A stretch of 64,000 bases of DNA from Candidatus Nanoperiomorbaceae bacterium (GTDB lineage: Bacteria > Patescibacteriota > Saccharimonadia > Saccharimonadales > Saccharimonadaceae), in NCBI GenBank assembly GCA_049297855.1, contig JBAQVB010000006.1, positions 1,958-65,957 on the forward strand, in the 5' to 3' direction. Of the stretch, positions 57,426 to 64,000 are shown piece after piece. Positions within the stretch are counted from its first letter, which is position 1; every line of letters starts with the position of its first letter. The notes under the pieces are model-generated. The model did no database searches, was not told the DNA's origin, and saw nothing but the letters and a program-made list of their open reading frames with translations. Position numbers and translations under genes: made by a program.

Positions 57426-58475
57426 ATGGCAAAAACTAAACAGGAATTATTGGCTGAGGCAGATAAACTCGGTTTAACTTTATCGGTGAAGGACACGGTC
57501 GCGCAAATCACCGCCGCGATCAAGGACGCCAAAGAGGCGAACCGCGACACTAAGGACGATGCGCCGCTGTCTGCTGATGAAGTTCAAACAGTAGTCAACG
57601 AAGAAGAGCAAGAGGATGCCGTCGAACAGTTCGCCAAATCCGGCAAGCGCTCCGCCAAATCCGTACACGAAGAGGCCGCTGAGGCCGAGCGCGTCGCTCG
57701 CAAAGACGCCGGCGATACCACCGCCCAGGATGGCGCGATCGCCAATATAGAGCACGGCCCGGCGCCGATTCCGCGACCGTTGAGTGAACGTCACGGCAAA
57801 AACTTTAAAAAAGTTGCCGGTAAAATCGACCACACTAAAACCTATCCACTCGATGAAGCAATTCAACTGGCCGTCGCCACTGCCAACACTAAATTCGACA
57901 GTACAGTCGAAATCCACGCCCGGCTCGGCGTCGATCCGAAACAGGCCGACCAAAATGTGCGCGCCACCGTGTCGCTGCCTAACGGCACCGGTAAAACAAT
58001 TCGCGTCGCAGCTTTCGTGGCGGAAGCGGACGCCACGGCTGCAAAAGCGGCTGGCGCTGACATCGCCGGCGAGGCGGCCATTATAGAACTGTTAACCAAG
58101 GAAAATTTAGCGTTCGACGTTTTGGTAGCAACACCAACCGAAATGCCAAAACTCGGCCGTTTCGCGCGTCTGCTCGGGCCACGTGGTCTGATGCCGAATC
58201 CGAAAGCTGGCACCGTTTCAACCGATCCAGCTCAAGCTATCAAAGAGGCTAAAGCTGGTAAAATCGAATTTCGCGTCGACAAACAATCGATCGTCCACAC
58301 TGGCGTCGGTAAAGTTAGCTTTGGTGTGACCAAATTGACAGAAAATATGCGTGCGTTTTTTGACGCACTAAACGCCGCTAAACCGAGCTCGCTCAAAGGC
58401 AACTATATTTTGTCGCTGTCGCTGTCAACCACGATGGGTCCAGGCGTAAAAGTCGACGTTAATAATATTAAATAA
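57426..58475 (+). CDS. rplA: 50S ribosomal protein L1 with ~120-aa acidic N-terminal extension
   Basis: 349 aa. AAGGAG lies 7 nt upstream of the ATG. L1 core runs from about aa 121 (HGKNFKKVAGKIDHTKTYPLDEAIQL ... GPRGLMPNPKAGTV). Confidence 0.9.
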   Translation: MAKTKQELLAEADKLGLTLSVKDTVAQITAAIKDAKEANRDTKDDAPLSADEVQTVVNEEEQEDAVEQFAKSGKRSAKSVHEEAAEAERVARKDAGDTTAQDGAIANIEHGPAPIPRPLSERHGKNFKKVAGKIDHTKTYPLDEAIQLAVATANTKFDSTVEIHARLGVDPKQADQNVRATVSLPNGTGKTIRVAAFVAEADATAAKAAGADIAGEAAIIELLTKENLAFDVLVATPTEMPKLGRFARLLGPRGLMPNPKAGTVSTDPAQAIKEAKAGKIEFRVDKQSIVHTGVGKVSFGVTKLTENMRAFFDALNAAKPSSLKGNYILSLSLSTTMGPGVKVDVNNIK

Positions 58476-58490
58476 GCCGTAGATTAGATC

Positions 58491-58919
58491 ATGCCGTTTC
58501 GTTCACGCAGAACCAATAACGCATATAAAACTTCGCGTCATGCTAGACGACATGACGCGGGTTGTGCATTTTGCGATCCAAATTGCCTTCAACCATTAAT
58601 TGAAGCAACTGAACTATTTTGGGTAATAGAGAACGCATATCCATACGCAATATTCGACGAACAAGGTATAGCCGATCATCTGCTGATCGTTCCTAAGCGC
58701 CATGTCCTAGGTATTAGCGAATTTACATCGGCGGAAAGTCGCGAGTTTATGCAATTAGTTAGTAAATACGACCGGCTGGGTTATTCGTTGTACGCGCGCG
58801 CTAATAATAGCAAGTCCAAATCCGTGTCGCACCAACACGCACATCTGATGAAACTCGACGGTAAAACCGTTAAGCTCAACGTCACCGTGCGTAAACCATA
58901 TATAAACTGGTGGCACTAA
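58491..58919 (+). CDS. HIT (histidine triad) family protein
   Basis: 142 aa. HLLIVPKRHV and HQHAHLM (HxHxHxx) motifs. Confidence 0.8.
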   Translation: MPFRSRRTNNAYKTSRHARRHDAGCAFCDPNCLQPLIEATELFWVIENAYPYAIFDEQGIADHLLIVPKRHVLGISEFTSAESREFMQLVSKYDRLGYSLYARANNSKSKSVSHQHAHLMKLDGKTVKLNVTVRKPYINWWH

Positions 58920-59046
58920 TTTCACTGGTATTTGGTAATTTTTTTCGTCCATTGAGTTTTGAAGTGTTCTAAGACCATCTTCAACAATTGCGCCGATACC
59001 ATATCAAATGGGACTGTCCGCGACAGCGTTTTACCGTCAAGGATTT

Positions 59047-59691
59047 TCATTTTTGATCTCCGTTTTGTTGCATTATCGAATCACGAATACGCAAAAAAAC
59101 AACGTCGGGCGTAGCATTTCCGTTGATAGTTGGAATGTGAAAATCGTGTGCGATTTGCGCGTAGCCGCGGTTAACGTTGTCTTGAAAGTCATTGCCACGC
59201 GATTCGAAACTATCGGCCCGGGATTTGTCGTCGCGCCCCAATAAACGTTTCGCGCGTTCAGCGTCGGACAAAGTTAAAATCACCGCCGCGTCGGGCTCAA
59301 AATAGCGTTTTGGCAGATTAGCACGCGTAAGCTCCACAATTTCGTCGTAAATTACGCCTTCGCCAAAGTGTTGATACGCCAGAGTACTCCACCAGTTACG
59401 CGAACTCAACACGGTGATACCTCTTCGCAGAGCCGGGGCGATTTTTTTCAACCACAACTCACGGCGCGCCGCCGTAAATAATAAAACGTTCGTCATTGGA
59501 TCTAGCCCGAACTGACGATTTTTAATGATCGTACGCATCTGATCGGTCGACACAATGCCACCCGGTTCTTCAACGATGATGACTTCTTGGTGGCGATCCG
59601 AAAAATATTGCGCTAGTTTCGCGGCTTGTGTGGATTTACCCGTGCCGTCCTGACCTTCGATGACAATGTATTTGCCGGATTTATTCGTCAT
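59047..59691 (-). CDS. tmk: Thymidylate kinase
   Basis: 214 aa. IVIEGQDGTGKSTQ P-loop. DR.Y motif substituted (SRNWWST). Confidence 0.88.
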   Translation of the reverse strand: MTNKSGKYIVIEGQDGTGKSTQAAKLAQYFSDRHQEVIIVEEPGGIVSTDQMRTIIKNRQFGLDPMTNVLLFTAARRELWLKKIAPALRRGITVLSSRNWWSTLAYQHFGEGVIYDEIVELTRANLPKRYFEPDAAVILTLSDAERAKRLLGRDDKSRADSFESRGNDFQDNVNRGYAQIAHDFHIPTINGNATPDVVFLRIRDSIMQQNGDQK

Positions 59692-59697
59692 ATTATC

Positions 59698-60417
59698 CTA
59701 CAAAATTCCATCACTGAGGCCACTAATTTTAACTGGTAATTTGCGCATGTCCTTAAAGGCGCGCGGCAACATTTGTTCGGGCGTCCAGTTTCGTTTTAAT
59801 TCATCGAGATCCGACGAGGCTTGGTATTTACCCGACACGCCACCGCGACCTTTTTCATACGACCCGTCGACCGGTCCGGTGTGATGAAAAATAATCTGAC
59901 CTATACGTTCGCCAACCGGCAACACCACTGATGCGTATTTATTCAAATTGTAAATTTCCAACGTTATGCGATTGATGTAACCCGGATCGATCCAGCCGGC
60001 GTCAAAACAAACCGCCACGCCGTTACGCCCCCATGAGCTGCGCGAACGAATTTCGCAAGCGCCAGCGCTGGCGCGAATGCCGACAAATTCATGCGTGTGC
60101 GCTAAAATGCGCTCACCGGGCTGCAACACAATAATTGGATGATCCTCCGGAATGTTTGCAAACGGCAGGCGACGATTTTTTCTAGTGTATTCTCCATTGG
60201 TCTCCGCTACCAACGGCCCCTTAAAATAGCGTTGAACTTCGGCCTTGTCGAACGGATTATAAATGTTATTTTCGTTGTCCGGTTCCTGCCGATAAAAATT
60301 ATAGCCCAGTGTAATATCGAGCGATGCCTCGGCCAGATGCTTTATGTTAAACGGTTCGCAAACAATGCCACCGTCTGCAATTGACGCCAAAATCTCCGTG
60401 TTTGAATATACCCCCAT
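59698..60417 (-). CDS. dcd: dCTP deaminase family protein (long form)
   Basis: 239 aa. N-terminus ILASIADGGIVCEP...ASLDITLG, with GWIDPGY and ITLEIYN motifs of the dCTP deaminase/dUTPase fold. Confidence 0.8.
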   Translation of the reverse strand: MGVYSNTEILASIADGGIVCEPFNIKHLAEASLDITLGYNFYRQEPDNENNIYNPFDKAEVQRYFKGPLVAETNGEYTRKNRRLPFANIPEDHPIIVLQPGERILAHTHEFVGIRASAGACEIRSRSSWGRNGVAVCFDAGWIDPGYINRITLEIYNLNKYASVVLPVGERIGQIIFHHTGPVDGSYEKGRGGVSGKYQASSDLDELKRNWTPEQMLPRAFKDMRKLPVKISGLSDGIL

Positions 60418-60484
60418 GCAGCTTCCTGTGCATTTATTCTATCACACGAAAGGTAAATTTGCATTTCTATTCCACTTGTGCTAA

Positions 60485-61099
60485 ATGAATGGCATAATGA
60501 AGATAGCCAAAAATAATACCCCCCCCCGAGTTTCGGTAGAGAATAAGATTGGAGAGGGAGGCAATCAGCGCGGTTTTACTGTTATAGAGGTCGCTCTGGT
60601 TTTGGCCATCGCTGGTCTGATTTTCCTTGTCGTTTTCGTCGCTTGGCCAGCGCTCCAAAATTCGCAAGCGGATACGGCCAGGCGGCAAGATGTCGGGATC
60701 GTTATCAGGGCTATTGATTCTTACAGATTGGATGCATCCAACGGTGGCTGGTTTCCAGCCTGGCGAGGGGTATATCTAAATGGCAACCGCCAGTCGCTTT
60801 CCTTTGGCCCCTATCTTCAAGGACTATCCAGCAACACGCAGTTTGTTTACATTCGCGCGGGTAATAATCCTGGCTCGAATTGGACTTACAAAGATTCTCT
60901 CTCGTCTGGAAGCGTAACCAGCAATGCTACTACATCTGATTCCGTCCCGTCCATGAATGGTATTTCGGTATATACTGGTGCGGAATGTGGAAATGGTCAA
61001 TCAATGATTGCGCTGGGTGACCCAGCTGTAAATCCGACACATATTGCGGTTGTAATTCGATTATCTTCTGGAATTTATTACTGTCAACAAGCCTACTAG
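60485..61099 (+). CDS. Type IV pilin-like protein, copy 4 (frame ON through a C9 tract)
   Basis: 204-aa intact ORF: ...MKIAKNNTPPRVSVENKIGEGGNQRG|FTVIEVALVLAIAGLIFLVVFVAWPALQNSQ... with a C-terminal Cys pair (AECGNG...IYYCQQAY). The likely start is ATG 60497 (MKIAKN, parallel to MKIARN in copy 2). Confidence 0.85.
   Translation: MNGIMKIAKNNTPPRVSVENKIGEGGNQRGFTVIEVALVLAIAGLIFLVVFVAWPALQNSQADTARRQDVGIVIRAIDSYRLDASNGGWFPAWRGVYLNGNRQSLSFGPYLQGLSSNTQFVYIRAGNNPGSNWTYKDSLSSGSVTSNATTSDSVPSMNGISVYTGAECGNGQSMIALGDPAVNPTHIAVVIRLSSGIYYCQQAY
60519..60527 (+). repeat. C9 homopolymer within pilin copy 4 leader codons
   Basis: Counted directly: 9 consecutive C, read as T-P-P-R. Confidence 0.95.
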
Positions 61100-61320
61100 G
61101 AGTTGGCCATCTATCATCTATCCACCAAAAGCAACGTGAATTTCACAGAGCCTTGATTTTAGCAAAACAATTTGCTACAATATCAGCAGCGTTATCAAAG
61201 ACAGCGAGCGTCAAGTGAAAATTGGCTCAATTTCTCGCCGAGATACAATGATCTTGTAATTTGGTCACGCGAATTTTAACAATTCGGGTTAACAATATTA
61301 AATAATCAAAGGAGTAACTG

Positions 61321-61836
61321 ATGGCAATCTCAAAAGAGAAGAAATCAACTTTGATTGCTGAATTAAACGAGCTGCTCGCCAGCGCCAAGATGAGCGTGTT
61401 TGCGAATTACACCGGTTTAACGGTGGCTGAAACGCAGGAATTACGCCGCGCAGCTCGTGCTGACGGTGTCACGATTAAGGTCGTCAAAAACCGCTTGGTA
61501 CGCGTCGCGATGAAGCAAATCGACGGGTTGAAAGATCTCGACAGCACGAGCCTCAAAGGGCAGGTGCTATACGCGTTTTCGAACGATGACGAAGTCGTAC
61601 CGGCCAAAATCTTGGCCAATTTCGCCAAAACGCATCCCGCACTCAAACTCATGGGTGCATTCAACGCGGATGGCATGATGAACGAGGCCGAAACCGGCAC
61701 GTTCGCCGCTTTGCCGACCAAGAACGAGCTGATCGCACAAGTTGTCGCAACTTTGCAGTCGCCGATTAATGACGTGGTTAACGCGCTCAATCCATTGGGA
61801 TCGTTGGTCAACGCGCTGGAAACGCACGCCGCCTAG
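61321..61836 (+). CDS. rplJ: 50S ribosomal protein L10
   Basis: 171 aa. L10-like sequence (YTGLTVAETQELRRAAR...VKVVKNRL). SD AAAGGAG upstream. Confidence 0.93.
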   Translation: MAISKEKKSTLIAELNELLASAKMSVFANYTGLTVAETQELRRAARADGVTIKVVKNRLVRVAMKQIDGLKDLDSTSLKGQVLYAFSNDDEVVPAKILANFAKTHPALKLMGAFNADGMMNEAETGTFAALPTKNELIAQVVATLQSPINDVVNALNPLGSLVNALETHAA

Positions 61837-61989
61837 CAATCAAATTTGTAAATTGTATACAATAAAGTTTAATTAGTATTTGTCAAAAGAGCAGGCCAAT
61901 GAGCCGCAACCGAGTAATTTTCACGAAAATCGCAAGGTCAACGTTTATGCGCCGTTATTTTTGATCAATACTAGAAAAGGAGTAAATAC

Positions 61990-62361
61990 ATGGCTGATGT
62001 CAAAAAATTAGCTGAGGATCTGACCAAGTTAACGGTCCTCGAAGTCAATGAACTAAAAAATGTTTTAAAGGATGATTACGGAATCGAACCGGCGGCAGCC
62101 GCGGTCGCTGTAGCAGGTCCTGCTGCCGACGCCGCGCCGGCCGACGAAAAAACTGAATTCACCGTGACGTTGAAAGACGCCGGTGGCCAAAAGGTCGCCG
62201 TCATCAAAGCGGTCAAGGAAATCACCGGTCTCGGTCTTGGTGAGGCCAAAGCCATCGTCGATGGCGCACCAGATGCCGTCAAAGAAGGTGTCTCCAAAGC
62301 CGACGCCGAAGCGATCAAGAAGCAGCTCGAGGAAGCCGGCGCAACCGTCTCGCTCGACTAA
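61990..62361 (+). CDS. rplL: 50S ribosomal protein L7/L12
   Basis: 123 aa. An Ala-rich hinge followed by [27 protein letters not shown]. Confidence 0.96.
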   Translation: MADVKKLAEDLTKLTVLEVNELKNVLKDDYGIEPAAAAVAVAGPAADAAPADEKTEFTVTLKDAGGQKVAVIKAVKEITGLGLGEAKAIVDGAPDAVKEGVSKADAEAIKKQLEEAGATVSLD

Positions 62362-62404
62362 TTGATCGTAAAATTAGTAAATCAGCCCGAATTGCAATCC
62401 AACG

Positions 62405-62438
62405 CCGTTCGCATTTGTTGCGGGCGGTTTTTGGTTTT
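62405..62438 (+). terminator. Rho-independent terminator after rplL
   Basis: 9-bp stem CCGTTCGCA/TGCGGGCGG (2 G-U pairs) with loop TTTGT, then TTTTTGGTTTT. Confidence 0.65.
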
Positions 62439-62660
62439 ATAAAAAAGCACGATTTTGCGATTTAGGCGAAAAAATTGTCTAAAACTTGCGAAAAGTTTGG
62501 CTCGATTCATCATTATGACAACATTTTTACTTGCATCACTGTTTAGTATGTGGAAAACATTATTATCAAAAATAAATGGGTGCTTGAATTGGTTACGACT
62601 TTGCGTTATAATGCAGGTAGTTAAGTTTAATATCAGAGACAGAAAGCGAGAAATCAGTCA

Positions 62661-63191
62661 ATGAGCGAGAATTCAGAAAATGGCGAGGTCAATCTGCCAG
62701 ACAAACAAATCAAGCGACTACGGTCACTATTAAACGAGGCGGAAACCAATTTGGCGGCCGCTCGCGAGTTATTGGTCAGTCTAACTGGCGAGGAAGGTTT
62801 GCCAATACGTAGTAGCGAAGACATCGCTGGCAAAGTCATCGAGGGCGTGTTCGACGGCCAGTCGATGCATGACGCCGACGGCAAAGCTTATCCGGTGCCG
62901 GCCAACTACGCCAGTAAGTCGAAATTAATAGAAGGCGACATTTTGAAATTAACCATCACAGAAGATGGATCATTCATTTATAAACAAATAGGCCCGGTGG
63001 CGCGTCGACAGTTAATTGGCCAGTTAACGCAACACGACGGCGCCTATTACGTCGAAGCCGGCGAACGCGAGTTCCGCGTTTTACTGGCGTCGGTCACGTT
63101 CTTCAAGGCGCACATCGGTGATCAAGTCAGCATCATCGTGCCAGAGGACAACCGTGAAGCTGAATGGGCGGCGGTTGAAGCAGTTTTATAA
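62661..63191 (+). CDS. Hypothetical protein (176 aa)
   Basis: Intact ORF with coiled-coil-like N-terminus and a beta-rich C-terminus. I recognise no domain. Confidence 0.55.
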   Translation: MSENSENGEVNLPDKQIKRLRSLLNEAETNLAAARELLVSLTGEEGLPIRSSEDIAGKVIEGVFDGQSMHDADGKAYPVPANYASKSKLIEGDILKLTITEDGSFIYKQIGPVARRQLIGQLTQHDGAYYVEAGEREFRVLLASVTFFKAHIGDQVSIIVPEDNREAEWAAVEAVL

Positions 63192-63261
63192 AAACAGTCG
63201 CCACTACGCAAATTTCACAACGCTTTTTGAACACACGCCGGTCGCAAATCCCGCGCGGTAA

Positions 63262-63270
63262 TGCTAAAAT
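63262..63270 (+). promoter_or_regulatory. Extended -10 (TGcTAAAAT) 9 nt upstream of the dnaX ATG
   Basis: Sequence motif only. Confidence 0.4.
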
Positions 63271-63279
63271 AGTATCACA

Positions 63280-64000
63280 ATGAGTGAGGAAATTGCGCCG
63301 CAAGGTTTGGCGTTGTATCGTAAATATCGTCCGCAAACGTTAGACGAGGTGCTGGGTCAGCCGCAAATTACTAAGCTTTTGCAGGCGGCGGCCAAACGGG
63401 ATGAGTTCGCCCACGCCTATTTATTGGTCGGCCAACGTGGCACGGGGAAAACATCGGTGGCGCGGATTTTGGCGCATTTGATCAATCAAACATCGTATAA
63501 CAGTGAGGATTTTGACATTATCGAAATCGACGCCGCTAGCCACGGTTCGGTCGATGACGCTCGCGAGCTGCGCGATCACGCCAATTTGGCACCACTGAAA
63601 GCACGCAACAAAGTTTATATTATCGATGAGGTACACATGCTGTCGCGCCAAGCGTTTGACGCGCTGTTAAAATTGATCGAGGAGCCACCGGCGCAGTTAT
63701 ATTTTATTTTGGCTACTACCGAGCTCAGAAAAGTTCCGGCCACAATTTTGTCGCGTATCCAGCAGTTTACTTTTCATCCGGTGGCGCCGGAAATCGTCTC
63801 GGAGCATTTGCGCGAAATTGCCGATGCCGAAAAAATTAACGTCGACGATGAAGCTTTGTTGCTAATTGCGAATCGTGGCGAAGGTAGTTTTCGCGACTCG
63901 ATCACACTATTAGATCAATTGCACATTGCAAATCAAACCATCACTGCGAGCGAGGTTGAAACGGTTTTGGGTCTCGCGCCGAACACGGCCATTGCGCGTT
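63280..64000 (+). CDS. dnaX: DNA polymerase III gamma/tau subunit, N-terminal part (runs off the 3' edge)
   Basis: Not in the ORF track because there is no stop in the window. Translation MSEEIAPQGLALYRKYRPQTLDEVLGQ...GQRGTGKTSVARILA...YIIDEVHMLS...FDALLKLIEEPP is canonical DnaX. Confidence 0.9.
   Translation, partial: MSEEIAPQGLALYRKYRPQTLDEVLGQPQITKLLQAAAKRDEFAHAYLLVGQRGTGKTSVARILAHLINQTSYNSEDFDIIEIDAASHGSVDDARELRDHANLAPLKARNKVYIIDEVHMLSRQAFDALLKLIEEPPAQLYFILATTELRKVPATILSRIQQFTFHPVAPEIVSEHLREIADAEKINVDDEALLLIANRGEGSFRDSITLLDQLHIANQTITASEVETVLGLAPNTAIAR

Noticed and set aside
9029-61099. pilE/pilS-style antigenic variation by gene conversion among the pilin copies
   Set aside because: The shared N-terminal segments differ at many synonymous sites, and the longest identical run I found is 26 nt. 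That argues against recent recombination between copies, and no silent cassette arrays are present.
1-64000. UGA recoding (Gracilibacteria/Absconditabacteria-type code 25)
   Set aside because: Conserved genes end at TGA exactly where expected (e.g. rpsS at 2159-2161, rpmC at 3898-3900), and no conserved protein needs read-through of TGA.
1-64000. CRISPR arrays, IS elements, integrases, prophage genes, rRNA genes
   Set aside because: No direct-repeat/spacer periodicity was seen by eye. I recognised no transposase or integrase motifs and no rRNA-like sequence in any frame or intergenic region.

Overview
This window looks like a compact, gene-dense stretch from a small Patescibacteria/CPR-type genome, probably Saccharibacteria-like. 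That placement is an inference from gene content; no database search was possible. The standard genetic code applies, because TGA is used as a stop. The backbone is the ribosomal-protein superoperon. It runs rplC-rplD-rplW-rplB-rpsS-rplV-rpsC-rplP-rpmC-rpsQ-rplN-rplX-rplE-rpsN-rpsH, then rplF-rplR-rpsE-rplO (no L30 gene), then secY, then infA-rpmJ-rpsM-rpsK-rpsD-rpoA-rplQ-rplM-rpsI. The secE-nusG-rplK / rplA / rplJ-rplL set is also present. Both blocks are broken up by accessory segments. These carry four sensor histidine kinases, two response regulators, a P-type ATPase, a sortase, and a PAP2 phosphatase with a MacB-type ABC pair. They also carry a UvrD-type helicase fused to a PD-(D/E)XK nuclease, alpha-glucan enzymes (GH15, GH57, glycosyltransferase), several housekeeping genes (gltX, trpS, holB, dnaX, tmk, dcd, dus, pseudouridine synthases), tRNA-Glu(CUC) and tRNA-Trp(CCA). 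The most interesting signal is a four-member family of type IV pilin-like genes with an identical N-terminal helix and unrelated Cys-loop C-termini. Three copies carry a poly-C tract (9, 7, 9 C) inside the leader-peptide codons. Two of these are out of frame by +1, and one is in frame. The fourth copy has a C6 tract in its body that is also +1 out of frame, plus a leader stop codon. This pattern fits multi-locus homopolymer phase variation of surface pili, but homopolymer assembly error must be excluded. Other notable items are a 1036-aa orphan Cys/Trp/Asn-rich membrane-anchored protein, a receiver protein with a ~270-aa disordered tail, and L11/L1 uncoupling with a ~120-aa N-terminal extension on L1. 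Extended -10 promoters also recur 6-10 nt upstream of start codons, suggesting leaderless mRNAs. I saw no rRNA, CRISPR array, transposase or integrase. All functional calls rest on motif recognition by eye.
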